From Antedon mediterranea (taxonomy: Eukaryota; Animalia; Echinodermata), in the NCBI RefSeq assembly GCF_964355755.1, contig NC_092676.1, forward strand, positions 8,967,888-9,031,887: a stretch of DNA of 64,000 nucleotides. Direction: 5' to 3'. Positions within the stretch are counted from its first letter, which is position 1. The number at the start of each line of letters is the position of its first letter. Under the pieces are notes generated by a model. It did no database searches and was not told the origin of the DNA. It saw nothing but the letters and a program-made list of their open reading frames with translations. A program made the position numbers and the translations under genes. This document shows positions 10,919-26,563 of this stretch, piece after piece.

Positions 10919-11693
10919 TTCAAACCGAACGGCTCTTTTCAGAGCCACCATGTGTATAAAAGGGATTTATTTGCATTTTATTTCATTAGTTTCCAAATCT
11001 TGTTTTTCACTTTGAATATTATATATTATCTCTATTATAATGCTATACACTTATATAACTCCAGAGTACAAAGGTAAAATGTAACCGATAATTTTTATCT
11101 AATTTTAACAATTTTTAGCCTCTTAACTTTTTGTGTGTGTTTTTGTAAATTGTATTTTATATTTTTGTATTTTGCCAGTTTTCAAATCACATTTCTGTTT
11201 TTTAAATGGACAATAAAGTATATATGACTATGACTATGACAATTAAGTTTTTAGAAAATTTTGTACAGATAGTGAACGAAACATCACTACTATATCAAAA
11301 TAATAACTAATAATTAAATTGAAATAATGACTCATAACATATTCTTTTTTTTTCCATAATTAACTGTGCTGTTGATTGAATATTTATATATATAAAAGAG
11401 TGGTCTTTTTATTTAATATTATTTTATTTTGTAAAGACAAACAACGATGATTTTATTGACCCTTGCACTTATATTCCTTTTTGTTCAGTTTTATTCGTTA
11501 CGATCATTGTATATACAGTTTCGATGGTGGACGACTGACCCAAATTTTCTAGAGATATTTATGTTACTGACGAAATGCAAATTGACATAATTACAGTTGA
11601 GCAACGTCCGCACAAAGCGTATAAATACTTCGGCATTTCGACAGTTTCCACACATTTCGAATAATTCTGAGTGATTCTTAATATCGATTAAAC

Positions 11694-12012
<319 letters not shown>

Positions 12013-12851
12013 ACTCGATGCTTTTTCAAAACACAAGGCTCTTTTCAGAGCCACCAGTTGAACCAAAAAGAGATTTATTTGCTTTTCTTTAATTGTTTAA
12101 TATGATTCAATAATTTCAAATAATCCAGTGATTTTTCAGAAATGTCTGGATTATTAAAATTATTTTTATTAAATTTGTTAAGAATTATTTTTTCAGGGGG
12201 ACAATACATCTTTAATAAATATAAACAAAGAAGGAGCTTCCTCCATGTCATAAAGCTAAAAATAAGATATGAATTAGGCATGTTTTTGTATTATACCATA
12301 TACTAAGATATACAAATAGTATTAAGTAATACTTAAGAGCCACCAGTTGAACCAAAAAGAGATTTATTTGCTTTTCTTAATTTTTTTAATATGATTAAAA
12401 AATTTCAAATAATCGATTGATTTTTCAGAAATGTATTGATTATTAAAATGTATTATAATAGAAAACCATTTTAGAGATCAATACTCACAAATAACAAACG
12501 TATTGTGGTAGCATTTACATTTTATGGTATTTTAACCTATATAGGCCTATGTAGAATAAAAGTAGTAACGCGGTAATAATTGATTTAGCACGAATTGGGA
12601 CGATTGCTCTCGCTTCTAAAAGTTACGTAATGAGTAACATTTTCTATATTTAAACAAATAAATACAAAATAGCGCCACATATGCCTTTGTTAACATAAAG
12701 AGTCACACGTCGTATAAGGAAAACACGCCTCATATATAAATGTTTTGTTTTTTAGAAGTTCTTTTACAATAACTTTTTTTTATCATAATTATGTGTAAAA
12801 TGCATCACACAAAAAAAAGGGAATATAGAATAAGAGAGATAATTATACGAA

Positions 12852-13282
12852 ATGGATTCCTTTGAGTTAGCGAAAAAAAGTATCGAGACTTGAGATGACG
12901 AGATGTGCAATAGCATGATAGAGAAGATTTTGCAAGACTTTGATTTTTCGCAGATAGAAGTTACCTAATTAGGAGGAGGTGAAACAAGGCTTGAAAAATC
13001 TATAGCAGAGTTGAAGAAAGCAGTGCAGTGTTGCATTGCAAAAGAATTGAACGTTGGACGAATGATTACTAGTTTGACTTTAGCACGCCACCTATCTGAC
13101 AGGTACAGCGGACACGAAAACAAATTTGCAGCGTTTGTCGCACAATGTTTCGAAGAAAGGTCCGATAGGGTTGATAATCGGAACTTGTGCTATTCCCACC
13201 AGGTCGGTAGAAGGAAAACAAGATAAAAGCAAGTTTGAACATATATACTGGAATGAATATACACGGATCTGACTGCCGCTAG
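12852..13282 (+). pseudogene. Bcl-2-like orphan ORF, copy 2 (disrupted)
   Basis: Near-identical to 5625-6055. Confidence 0.55.
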
Positions 13283-13666
13283 GCCAGTAAATATATATTT
13301 TTATAGGCCAGTAAAATATATTTTTATAGGCCAGTAAAAAATAATTTTTACAGGCCAGTAAAATATATTTTTTATAGGCCAGTAAAATATATTTATAGTG
13401 TTAGTTGCGGTTGCTTCCCGCAGTCGTACAATCGTCAAAGCGCAGTCGCTGCTTCATGCGATCAACAGTTTAAAAGAAAAAAATTTAAAAACCTGAAACA
13501 ATTTGTCGTTTTCTTTTTCTTTTATTTTGATCTTCATACATTTTTACAGAAAAACTATGCAATGCAACTTGACTTAAAAACTAACTTTAAAAAAAAAAGA
13601 AATCTCAGAGAAAATATGTCGTTTTTTTGCAATCAGAGCAGACCATGATGATATCGACAATTCATC

Positions 13667-14424
13667 TTATTTTACGCTGTTTTTTTTGGCCCTGAAACAT
13701 TCAATATTCACGTAACCTACGGTTAGAAATTGCATCTTGTAGCCTTCTGACATCGGCATTCTCGATTGTTCGTAATCACCAAATTGTTGCATTATATACG
13801 CTATCGTGTTTACAGTCTCTTCTTCTTTGAATAACGGCCACAGTATCAAAATTCTTGCACATTTATTTAGTTCGAACATGATTTCCGAAACTACACCGCA
13901 TTTCATTTTGCTTTCCGTTAGTATTTTCACCGTCCAGCGGCATTCTTCTAAAAATGCTTGTAATTTCTCTGCTACACCAAGAAATTTACCGCCGACTATT
14001 AAGAAATCGTACGGTTGCTTTTTTGTTGAAGGTGGCAGCGGAGGCAACAGCATAGTTGTGCTGACCTTCTGTATCAGGTCGGTTCTTTGTAGGAAAAAAA
14101 AACAACAAAAATTTAGAATAAGATTTGAAGAAAAAAAATTGTTAGTAATATAATAATAGTATAATAGTAATAATTATGTAAACAAAAGAAGAAAAAAACT
14201 TACGAAGGAGGGATCTTGGCTAGCCTAGGGTCAAGCTGGTGATTTGTTGGCTTCGAGAAAATGACTGCTGGAAACATCTTGCTACAAGTATGTAATTTTC
14301 TCTGCGGTTCTTCTGTGTTATTTTCTTCTGTGTTATTCTTCTCGATGAAGCTAAGATTGTGTGAAGCTGTATTGAAACCTCTGTTCTTTATATAGTTTTC
14401 AACTGATGATGATGACATCATCAT
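13667..14424 (-). CDS. Two-exon TIR-like orphan gene, copy 2
   Basis: Same exon and intron structure and same peptide as 6441-7198. Confidence 0.7.
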
Positions 14425-15268
14425 TAACGAATTTGGGAGATTCTGATTGGCCGGTTAATACATTTACAGTTTCATTTTATTTTCATAAACAATATTACAA
14501 ATAAAACAATTAGACATTTCTTTAAGGTCTTTTAAGCTTTAATTTTCTATTATATTTGTGCAATTCGCTATATGAATGTTTGTCTTAACCCGGACGGTTT
14601 GTTTAGATATATATTTTTTTGAACTTTCCCATTTTTGTATTTTTCTTTTTTATTGTTATATTTTGTTTCTTTGGACGCACCTTAACAAGTTGAAGTGTGC
14701 CACTGATAAAAAAAAAAAGTACAATGCCAAAAAATTGTTATTATTAATTATATCGATGTACTTTACAAAGTTATATAAAGTCTAAACTAAAAACACCTTC
14801 GTATAGCTACTGTCACTACCTAAAACTTAAATTCCCGAATTATGTATATAATCAAAATAAAGAAAAAGAGTAACACACTAATCATTTTTATCTAGTCATG
14901 CCCTTGTTATGAATAAAGCGTTAACAATTATCGTTGGCGCCAAAGCCCGTTGCCAATTCAATCATAGGTTTCCGAGAGGGTGTATTGAATATACTATTTA
15001 AATCGTGGTAAATGTTAAGTTGGTTTACTTGTTTACTTACTTGTATACTTGTTTCCGGAGCTCAGCAATGCTGGGTCCGGAGTCGAGGCTAGGCTATGCC
15101 TATAAGCCCCTCTTGATAATTACATCAACTCTTGAATATGGCGCAAATTTAAGAGGGTGGTTGGACCATGCCCGTTCAAGACCGGACTTAATTGGTTGGC
15201 AGAGTTGGTATCATTTTCAATATAGTATTCCAAAATAGTGTAAAAAATATAGCTATAGCTATAAAAAA

Positions 15269-15646
15269 ATGTCTGGACGTGGTAAAGGAGGCAAAGCTAA
15301 AGGAAAGGCCAAGAGCCGATCAAGCCGTGCTGGACTTCAATTCCCAGTCGGTGGTGTTCACCGATTTTTACGAAAGGGCAACTATGCATCCCGGGTTGGT
15401 GCTGGTGCTCCAGTCTACATGGCTGCTGTACTTGAGTATTTGACTGCTGAAATCTTAGAATTGGCCGGTAACGCTGCACGTGATAACAAGAAAAGCAGAA
15501 TTATCCCTCGTCATCTGCAACTTGTCATCCGGAATGACGAAGAATTACACCGTTTTCTCGGAAGTTTAACCATTGCACAGGGAAGTTTATTGCCAAACAT
15601 CCAGGCTGTACTTCTACCAAAAAAGACTCAAAGCAAAGTCAAGTAA
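15269..15646 (+). CDS. H2A: Histone H2A, copy 2 (aberrant)
   Basis: 125-aa H2A with the shared substitutions plus extra ones (RFLG, GSLL). Confidence 0.93.
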   Translation: MSGRGKGGKAKGKAKSRSSRAGLQFPVGGVHRFLRKGNYASRVGAGAPVYMAAVLEYLTAEILELAGNAARDNKKSRIIPRHLQLVIRNDEELHRFLGSLTIAQGSLLPNIQAVLLPKKTQSKVK

Positions 15647-16331
15647 ATCATCAAAGCAAACATATTTTACTTAAGACCTAACGGCTCTTTTCAAAGCCAC
15701 CAAAATACAAAAAGAGACTTGATTAGTGATTTTTTCCTTATAAATGTTTATAATTGTATAAATGTACAATACCTGGCCTCAGTTAATAATATTATACAAT
15801 ACAAAAATTTCGAAAATGGGTCGTAGGTTTTGATTCTCTAAATTAATATTTTGCCATTAGGTATCACATATTCAGTATGCGTTTACGACAACTTTATTCG
15901 TTGAACTATTAATTAAATTAATACTGCCTTTAAAATTAAAGGTCAGATACATGTCCATCTATAAGTTTTAATATTAGAATTGTTCATTATGGAATAAATG
16001 CTGTCATCAAAAACATAATTAGCCATTATAAATATTTTTTTTTAAATCAAGAATTGAAAATTGCCAGTGCTTATTATATGTTCAATGAAACAGAATCATC
16101 TGAATTAGATCTCACATAATATAGAAAACGAATGTTTTATTAAATGATTTAAAATAATGCTTTAAATGTGTATTTAAAGACAATAAAGAACACACTTTTA
16201 TGAAACTAAAAAAGGCGACGAGATGTTTCGTCCATACACGTCCGCGATTGAGTAGATAAAAATGAGGTTCGTCGCTGCGTTGTATCACTCATCAACCAAC
16301 TAAACTGTTTGGTAAAGTTAAAAGTTAAGTT

Positions 16332-16907
16332 ATGGCTGACCAAACTAAAACTAAGAAGCTTGTTATAGCCAAGAAGCCTGTTACTCTCCCAACGTACATC
16401 GACATGGTAACGGCAGCAATTGGTACTTTGAAGGACAAAAGCGGCTCATCTCGCCAGGCTATTGCCAAGTACATCCTAGCTTATTACAAAGTTGAACCCA
16501 CTAAAATGAAAACTCATCTTCGTTTGGCTTTGAAACGTGGTGTCGAAAGTAACAAACTTGTTCAAGCAAAAGGTGCAGGAGCCAGCGGTTCATTTAAACT
16601 GAACCAGACTACAGCCAAGGGTGATGAAGCTGCCATGGCAAAAATGGAAAGATCAGAGAAGAAAGCAGCTGCAGAGAAGGAAAAGAGTGTAGCAAAGAAG
16701 GCCAAACAATTAGCAGCGAAGAAGGCAAACAAACCAATTGTAAAGAAGGCTACCAAATTCAAGTCACCCAAGAAGTCTGAGAAAAATAAATCTAAGCCGA
16801 AAATGTCTATCAAGTCTCCTAAGAAGCCAAAGACAAATAAGCTAAAAAGCCGAAAGTTAAAAAGACATCAAAGAAGGTCGGAGAGAAGTGAAATACTGCT
16901 AATTTAA
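16332..16907 (+). CDS. H1: Histone H1, copy 3 (ATG intact; frameshifted tail)
   Basis: 191-aa ORF with the H1 globular domain, same aberrant tail, stem-loop at ~16920. Confidence 0.92.
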   Translation: MADQTKTKKLVIAKKPVTLPTYIDMVTAAIGTLKDKSGSSRQAIAKYILAYYKVEPTKMKTHLRLALKRGVESNKLVQAKGAGASGSFKLNQTTAKGDEAAMAKMERSEKKAAAEKEKSVAKKAKQLAAKKANKPIVKKATKFKSPKKSEKNKSKPKMSIKSPKKPKTNKLKSRKLKRHQRRSERSEILLI

Positions 16908-17552
16908 TTCAAACCGAACGGCTCTTTTCAGAGCCACCATGTGTATAAAAGGGATTTATTTGCATTTTATTTCATTAGTTTCCAAATCTTGTTTTTCACT
17001 TTGAATATTATATATTATCTCTATTATAATAACAATTAAGTTTTTAGAAAATTTTGTACAGATAGTTGTATTACCTTTTAATACTTATTTTACCGGTAGT
17101 ACTGACATTAAAGCGTCGTGTTTCTTTGTCGTGAACGAAACATCACTATTATATCAAAATAATAACTAATAATTAAATTGAAATAATGACTCAAAACATT
17201 TTCTTCTTTTTTCTATAATTAACTGTGCTGTTGATTGAATATTTATATATATAAAAGAGTAGTCCTTTTATTTAATATTATTTTATTTTGCAAAGACAAA
17301 CAACGATGATTTTATTGACCCTTGCACTTACATTCCTCTTTGTTCAGTTTTATTCGTTACGATCATTGTATATATAGTTTCGATGGTGGACGACTGACCC
17401 AATTTTTCTAGAGATATTTATGTTACTGACGAAATGCAAATTGACATAATTACAGTTGAGCAACGTCCGCACAAAGCGTATAACTACTTCGGCATTTCGA
17501 CAGTTTCCACACATTTCGAATAATTCTGAGTGATTCTTAATATCGATTAAAC

Positions 17553-17864
<312 letters not shown>

Positions 17865-18351
17865 ACTCGATGCTTTTTCAAAACACAAGGCTCTTTTCAA
17901 AGCCACCAGTTGAACCAAAAAGAGATTTATTTGCTTTTCTTTAATTGTTTAATATGATTCAATAATTTCAAATAATCCTCATAATAATACTCAACAAACG
18001 TATTGTGGTAGCATTTACATTTTATGGTATTTTAACCTATATAGGCCTATGTAAAATAAAAGTAGTAACGCGGTAATAATTGATTTAGCACGAATTGGGA
18101 CGATTCCTCTCGCTTCTAAAAGTTACGTAATGAATAACATTTTCTATATTTAAACAAATACATACAAAATAGCGCCACATATGCCTTTGTTAACATAAAA
18201 AGTCACACGTCGTATAAGGAAAACACGCTTCATATATAAATGTTTTGTTTTTTAGAAGTTCTTTTAGAATAACTTTTTTTTATCATAATTATGGGTAAAA
18301 TGCTTCACACAAAAAAAAGGGAATATAGAATAAGAGAGATAATTATACGAA

Positions 18352-18734
18352 ATGGATTCCTTTGAGTTAGCAAAAAAAAGTATCGAGACTAGAGATGACG
18401 AGATGCGCAATAGCATGATAGAGAAGATTTTGCAAGACTTTGATTTTTCGCAGAAAAAAGTTACATAATTAGGAGGAGGTGAAACAAGGCTTGAAAAATC
18501 TATAGCAGAGTTGAAGAAAGCAGTGCAGTATTGCATTGCAAAAGAATTGAACGTTGGACGAATGATTACTAGTTTGACTTTAGCACGCCTCCTATCTGAC
18601 AGGTACAGCGGACACGAAAACGAATTTGCAGCGTTTGTCGCACAATGTTTCGAAGAAAGGTCCGCCCGCTTCGGGTGGCCGGACATGCAGGGTTTGATAA
18701 TCGGAACTTGTGCTATTGCCACCAGGTCGGTAGA
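18352..18734 (+). pseudogene. Bcl-2-like orphan ORF, copy 3 (3'-truncated at a sub-repeat junction)
   Basis: Retains ...EERSARFGWPDMQGLIIGTCAIATRSVE then jumps to the H1-H4 spacer sequence. Confidence 0.55.
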
Positions 18735-19289
18735 ATATTATATATTATCTCTATTATAATAACAATTAAGTTTTTAGAAAATTTTGTACAGATAGTTGTA
18801 TTACCTTTTAATACTTATTTTACCGGTAGTACTGACATTAAAGCGTCGTGTTTCTTTGTCGTGAACGAAACATCACTACTATATCAAAATAATAACTAAT
18901 AATTAAATTGAAATAATGACTCATAACATATTCTTTTTTTTTCCATAATTAACTGTGCTGTTGATTGAATATTTATATATATAAAAGAGTAGTCCTTTTA
19001 TTTAATATTATTTTTTTTTGCAAAGACAAACAACGATGATTTTATTGACCCTTGCACTTACATTCCTCTTTGTTCAGTTTTATTCGTTACGATCATTGTA
19101 TATATAGTTTCGATGGTGGACGACTGACCCAATTTTTCTAGAGATATTTATGTTACTGACGAAATGCAAATTGACATAATTACAGTTGAGCAACGTCCGC
19201 ACAAAGCGTATAACTACTTCGGCATTTCGATTTTCGACAGTTTCCACACATTTCGAATAATTCTGAGTGATTCTTAATATCGATTAAAC

Positions 19290-19601
<312 letters not shown>

Positions 19602-19890
19602 ACTCGATGCTTTTTCAAAACACAAGGCTCTTTTCAAAGCCACCAGTTGAACCAAAAAGAGATTTATTTGCTTTTCTTTAATTGTTTAATATGATTCAAT
19701 AATTTCAAATAATCCAGTGATTCTTCAGAAATGTATTGATTATTAAAATTATTTTTATTAAATTTGTTAAGAATTATTTTTTCAGGGGGACAATACATCT
19801 TTAATAAATATAAACAAAGAAGGAGCTTCCTCCATGTCATAAAGCTAAAAATAAGATATGAATTAGGCATGTTTTTGTATTATACCATAT

Positions 19891-20291
19891 TGTCATATTA
19901 TTTATGTTGTGATTCTCTGTGTTTAGAGAAGGATGCTTTAGACCAGGTCCGCCTAATATTATTAGCCAATCAAAATCGTATAATTTTTGGAGGGAAAATG
20001 TTCTCCTCTGAAGCCTAAAATTTGCATGTCCAGTATAAAAGTGGAATGTAATAGATATTAGGGAGAAGAGAGAATAAGATCAAGGTAGATAAAAGGAAAG
20101 ATGATAAAGAAAATATTAAGGCTTGACTGGTAGTGGTAGAAAGATGTATTAATCGAATTACAAGGAATAAAAGTTCTAGTTGAGTTAAATATACTTTTTG
20201 TATGAAATACCATTCAGTGACAGCAGTGTACGTCGCGTGGAAATATATACGCCTGAGAAAGCTCGGAACCAACTAAGATAAATTCACTACA
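19891..20291. mobile_element. Solo LTR, 401 bp
   Basis: TGT...ACA termini and 5-bp TSD CATAT (19886-19890, 20292-20296). Other units show a single CATAT. Confidence 0.88.
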
Positions 20292-20840
20292 CATATACTA
20301 AGATATACAAATAGTATTAAGTAATACTTAAGCGCCACCAGTTGAACCAAAAAGAGATTTATTTGCTTTTCTTTAATTTTTTAATATGATTAAAACATTT
20401 CAAATAATCGATTGATTTTTCAGAAATGTATTGATTATTAAAATGTATTATAATAGAAAACCATTTTAGAGATCAATACTCAACAAACGTATTGTGGTAG
20501 CATTTACATTTTATGGTATTTTAACCTATATAGGCCTATGTAAAATAAAAGTAGTAACGCGGTAATAATTGATTTAGCACGAATTGGGACGATTCCTCTC
20601 GCTTCTAAAAGTTACGTAATGAATAACATTTTCTATATTTAAACAAATACATACAAAATAGCGCCACATATGCCTTTGTTAACATAAAAAGTCACACGTC
20701 GTATAAGGAAAACACGCTTCATATATAAATGTTTTGTTTTTTAGAAGTTCTTTTAGAATAACTTTTTTTTATCATAATTATGGGTAAAATGCTTCACACA
20801 AAAAAAAGGGAATAGAGAATAAGAGAGATAATTATACGAA

Positions 20841-21223
20841 ATGGATTCCTTTGAGTTTGCGAAAAAAAGTATCGAGACTAGAGATGACGAGATGCGCAAT
20901 AGCATGATAGAGAAGATTTTGCAAGACTTTGATTTTTCGCAGATAGAAGTTACATAATTAGGAGGAGGTGAAACAAGGCTTGAAAAATCTATAGCAGAGT
21001 TGAAGAAAGCAGTGCAGTGTTGCATTGCAAAAGAATTGAACGTTGGACGAATGATTACTAGTTTGACTTTAGCACGCCTCCTATCTGACAGGTACAGCGG
21101 ACACGAAAACGAATTTGCAGCGTTTGTCGCACAATGTTTCGAAGAAAGGTCCGCCCGCTTCGGGTGGCCGGACATGCAGGGTTTGATAATCGGAACTTGT
21201 GCTATTGCCACCAGGTCGGTAGA
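20841..21223 (+). pseudogene. Bcl-2-like orphan ORF, copy 4 (3'-truncated)
   Basis: Same junction as copy 3. Confidence 0.55.
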
Positions 21224-21771
21224 ATATTATATATTATCTCTATTATAATAACAATTAAGTTTTTAGAAAATTTTGTACAGATAGTTGTATTACCTTTTAA
21301 TACTTATTTTACCGGTAGTACTGACATTAAAGCGTCGTGTTTCTTTGTCGTGAACGAAACATCACTACTATATCAAAATAATAACTAATAATTAAATTGA
21401 AATAATGACTCATAACATATTCTTTTTTTTTCCATAATTAACTGTGCTGTTGATTGAATATTTATATATATAAAAGAGTAGTCCTTTTATTTAATAATAT
21501 TTTATTTTGCAAAGACAAACAACGATGATTTTATTGACCCTTGCACTTACATTCCTTTTTGTTCAGTTTTATTCGTTACGATCATTGTATATATAGTTTC
21601 GATGGTGGACGACTGACCCAAATTTTCTAGAGATATTTATGTTACTGACGAAATGCAAATTGACATAATTACAGTTGAGCAACGTCCGCACAAAGCGTAT
21701 AAATACTTCGGCATTTCGACAGTTTCCACATATTTCGAATAATTCTGAGTGATTCTTAATATCGATTAAAC

Positions 21772-22083
21772 ATGTCTGTGAGAGGTAAAGGTGGAAAGTG
21801 ACTTGCAAAAGGAGGCGCAAAACGTCATCGTAAGGTTTTTCGTGATAACATCCAAGGCATCGCAAAACCAGCTATCCATCGTTTTGCACGTCGTGGTGGT
21901 GTCAAGCGTATTTCTGGTCTTATCTACGAAAGAAACCCGTGGTATAATAAAAGTATTCCTCGAGAATATCATCCGAGATGCTGTAACATACACTGAGCAC
22001 GCCAAGAGAAAGACCGTCATCGCCATGGATGTCGTCTACGCCTAAAGAGACAAGGCCGAACTCCATACGGATTCGGTGGATAA
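21772..22083 (+). pseudogene. H4: Histone H4 pseudogene, copy 5 (stem-loop also destroyed)
   Basis: Shared stop and frameshifts; the hairpin reads GGCTCTTTTAGTAGAACC. Confidence 0.95.
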
Positions 22084-22912
22084 ACTCGATGCTTTTTCAA
22101 AACACAAGGCTCTTTTAGTAGAACCAAAAAGAGATTTATTTCCTTTTTTTTAATTGTTTAATATGATTCAATAATTTCAAATAATCCAGTGATTTTTCAG
22201 AAATGTATTGATTATTAAAATAATTTTTCTTAAATTTGTTAAGAATTATTTTTTCAGGGGGACAATACATCTTTAATAAATATAAACAAAGAAGGAGCTT
22301 CCTCCATGTCATAAAGCTAAAAATATAAGATATGAATTAGGCATGTTTTTGTATTATACCATATACTAAGATATACAAATAGTATTAAGTAATACTTAAG
22401 AACCACCAGTTGAACCAAAAGAGATTTATTTGCTTTTCTTTAATTTTTTAATATGATTTAAAAATTTCAAATAATCGATTGATTTTTCAGAAATGTATTG
22501 ATTATTAAAATGTATTATAATAGAAAACCATTTTAGAGATCAATACTCACAAATAACAAACGTATTGTGGTAGCATTTACATTTTATGGTATTTTAACCT
22601 ATATAGGCCTATGTAAAATAAAAGTAGTAACGCGGTAATAATTGATTTAGCACGAATTGGGACGATTCCTCTCGCTTCTAAAAGTTACGTAATGAGTAAC
22701 ATTTTCTATATTTAAACAAATACATACAAAATAGCGCCACATATGCCTTTGTTAACATAAAGAGTCACACGTCGTATAAGGAAAACACGCCTCTTATATA
22801 AATGTTTTGTTTTTTAGAAGTTCTTTTACTATAGCTTTTTTTATCATAATTATGTGTAAAATGCTTCACACAAAAAAAAGGGAATAGAGAATAAGAGAGA
22901 TAATTATACGAA

Positions 22913-24237
22913 ATAGATTCCTTTGAGTTAGCGAAAAAAAGTATCGAGACTAGAGATGACGAGATGTGCAATAGCATGATAGAGAAGATTTTGCAAGACT
23001 TTAATTTTTCGCAGATAGAAGTTACCTTATTAGGAGGAGGTGAAACAAGGCTTGAAAAATCTATAGCAGAGTTGAAGAAAGCAGTGCAAAAGAATTGAAC
23101 GTTGGACGAATGATTACTAGTTTGACTTTAGCACGCCACCTATCTGACAGGTACAGCGGACACGAAAACGAATTTGCAGCGGTTGTCGCACAATGTTTCC
23201 GCCCGCTTCGGGTGGCCGGATGCGATTTTTTTTTTCGTTGTTGGGGACCCCCTCATGAAACATCACAAAATAAACATGAATAATTCATCAGTTAAATTTT
23301 CTTGTTTCGTGTGCACCCAAGCGTATAGCAACAAGAAGTGATTAGGTACACAAGTGCGGTACGATTCTAGGCCTAATCTCCGCTGTGGTTGCCGCGTGGG
23401 ATTTCATAAAAGAATAGCCGCGTTTTGTGTGGATTGTCGAAATAATCAGCCTTTAGTTTATGGTGTTTTTAATATAATTTATTACTAAAGAATTACTTGT
23501 TAAAATTATAGTTTCTATTAATACTATTAGGCCTAATTATTAGTCTCTAAACCCATATTCTAGTAGTAGCTGTGTGGGTGTGTGTGACGTGTGTGTGTTA
23601 GGTATGACACAGTCCGAGTAATAAGTCAGCAAAATTAAACATTAAACATTACACAAAAATACATTTTTTATTCTCGTGGGTCTAATCTTCCCATCTCATG
23701 TGTTCATATACGCGCATTTTTAAAGTTCCTTTGAGTACATGCATATTGTTTGATAATAAAATAGCAGAATTAAAAAATTACAGTACACAAATTATACACA
23801 TTTTTTATTCTTGTGGGTCTAAGCTTTCTTTGGGCTATGTCCAATTACTACTTAGTTTAATGTCTTGCCTAGCTGTCGCGAAGGCAATCACGTGAATTGA
23901 CCTAGAATCCTAGGCCTACTGTAGAAAGAATCGTATCGCAGTTTAGTTGTGCGTGTAATCACTTCTTGTTGCTATACGCTTGGTTGCAGACGGAACAACA
24001 AATTTAACTGATGAATTATTCATGTTTATTTTGTAACGTTTCACGAGGGGTCCCCAACTTGTGTACGAAAAAAAAAATCGCTGGCCGGACATGCAGGGTT
24101 TGATAATCGGAACTTGTGCTATTGCCACCAGGTCGGTAGAAGGAAAACCAATTTTTATGATCGAGGAGGCGCGCAAGATAAAAGCAAGTTTGAACATATA
24201 TACTGGAATGAATATACACGGATCTGACTGCCGCTAG
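22913..24237 (+). pseudogene. Bcl-2-like orphan ORF, copy 5, split by a DNA transposon
   Basis: Start ATA. Lacks both stops seen in copies 1-2 (ACT AGA; ACC TTA TTA) and keeps the full 3' part ...VEGKPIFMIEEARKIKASLNIYTGMNIHGSDCR*. Confidence 0.55.
23222..24081. mobile_element. Non-autonomous MULE/Mutator-like DNA transposon, 860 bp
   Basis: ~145-bp imperfect TIRs (GCGATTTTTTTTTTCGT... / ...ACGAAAAAAAAAATCGC). 9-bp TSD TGGCCGGAT/TGGCCGGAC, with the empty site at ~18675. Confidence 0.85.
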
Positions 24238-24620
24238 GCCAGTAAATATATATTTTTATAGGCCAGTAAAATATATTTTTATAGGCCAGTAAAAAATAAT
24301 TTTTATAGGCCAGTAAAATATATTTTTTATAGGCCAGTAAAATATATTTATAGTGTTAGTCGCGGTTGCTTCCCGCAGTCGTACAATCGTCAAAGCGCAG
24401 TCGCTGCTTCATGCGATCAACAGTTTAAAAGAAAAAATTAAAAAACCTGAATCAATTTGTCGTTTTCTTTTTCTTTTATTTTGATCTTCATACATTTTTA
24501 CAGAAAAACTATGCAATGCAACTTGACTTAAAAACTAACTTAAAAAAAAAAAGAAATCTCAGAGAAAATATGTCGTTTTTTTGCAATCAGAGCAGACCAT
24601 GATGATATCGACAATTCATC

Positions 24621-25378
24621 TTATTTTACGCTGTTTTTTTTGGCCCTGAAACATTCAATATTCACGTAACCTACGGTTAGAAATTGCATCTTGTAGCCTT
24701 CTGACATCGGCATTCTCGATTGTTCGTAATCACCAAATTGTTGCATTATATACGCTATCGTGTTTACAGTCTCTTCTTCTTTGAATAACGGCCACAGTAT
24801 CAAAATTCTTGCACATTTATTTAGTTCGAACATGATTTCCGAAACTACACCGCATTTCATTTTGCTTTCCGTAAGTATTTTCACCGTCCAGCGGCATTCT
24901 TCTAAAAATGCTTGTAATTTCTCTGCTACACCAAGAAATTTACCGCCGACTATTAAGAAATCGTACGGTTGCTTTTTTGTTGAAGGTGGCAGCGGAGGCA
25001 ACAGCATAGTTGTGCTGACCTTCTGTATCAGGTCGGTTCTTTGTAGGAAAAAAAAACAACAACAATTTAGAATAAGATTTGAAGAAAAAAAATTGTTAGT
25101 AATATAATAATAGTATAATAGTAATAATTATGTAAACAAAAGAAGAAAAAAACTTACGAAGGAGGGATCTTGGCTAGCCTAGGGTCAAGCTGGTGATTTG
25201 TTGGCTTCGAGAAAATGACTGCTGGAAACATCTTGCTACAAGTATGTAATTTTCTCTGCGGTTCTTCTGTGTTATTTTCTTCTGTGTTATTCTTCTCGAT
25301 GAAGCTAAGATTGTGTGAAGCTGTATTGAAACCTCTGTTCTTTATATAGTTTTCAACTGGTGATGATGACATCATCAT
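24621..25378 (-). CDS. Two-exon TIR-like orphan gene, copy 3
   Basis: Same structure, one S>P change in exon 1. Confidence 0.7.
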
Positions 25379-25648
25379 TAACGAATTTGGGAGATTCTGA
25401 TTGGCCGGTTAATACATTTACAGTTTCATTTTAAAGTTTTTGTAATCTTACATTGTTAACTTTCACAGTTTTTTATGCTAAAGCTAGGCGTGGCCGAAAC
25501 AAGTTAAATCCCTGCGCATGGTCAACAGCCAATTGGTCTACAATTGTACCCTCAGGAAGCCCTCATTTGCATATCTCCGTGTATAAGAAATAAGCTTGTT
25601 TAACAACCAGTCACTTCAATTTTTTCATCGTGCATTAAATTGTGAAGC

Positions 25649-25704
25649 ATGCCACCAAAAACCTCAAAAAAAGCTGCTAAAAAAGCCGGTAAAGCCAAAG
25701 CCGT
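25649..25704 (+). pseudogene. H2B: Histone H2B stub, copy 2 (promoter at ~25525-25590)
   Basis: Identical to 7469-7524, with octamer and CCAAT upstream. Confidence 0.85.
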
Positions 25705-26563
25705 AATATTCTACCAGTATAATCTTTAATACACATCTGTATTTTCTGATATAGACAACAATTTCAGAAGTCCATCAACAAAATTGTATTCTATACATCT
25801 CCATACAACCGTTATGATTAAACGAGTATAATGAATATTAATGAATAATCTATCAGAGAGAGAGAGAGAGAGGGAGAGAAAAATAGTGTTTTTAATACAA
25901 CACACGGAAACCCAGATGATGAGTTTGCCGGGCATCATTAACATCGAATTTTGACAATTATTCATAAACAATATTACAAATAAAACAATTAGACATTTCT
26001 TTAAGGTCTTTTAAGCTTTAATTTTCTATTATATTTGTGCAATTCGCTATATGAATGTTTGTCTTAACCCGGACGGTTTGTTTAGATATATATTTTTTTG
26101 TACTTTCCCATTTTTGTATTTTTCTTTTTTATTGTTATATTTTGTTTCTTTGGACGCACCTTAACAAGTTGAAGTGTGCCACTGATAAAAAAAAAAAGTA
26201 CAATGCCAAAAAATTGTTATTATTAATTATATCGATGTACTTTACAAAGTTATATAAAGTCTAAACTAAAAACACCTTCGTATAGCTACTGTCACTACCT
26301 AAAACTTAAATTCCCGAATTATGTATATAATCAAAATAAAGAAAAAGAGTAACACACTAATCATTTTTATCTAGTCACGCCCTTGTTATGAATAAAGCGT
26401 TAACAATTATCGTTGGCGCCAAAGCCCGTTGCCAATTCAATCATAGGTTTCCGAGAGGGTGTATTGAATAGACTATTTAAATCGTGGTAAATATTAAGTT
26501 GGTATCATTTTCAATATAGTATTCCGAAATAGTGTAAAAAAATATAGCTATAGCTATAAAAAA

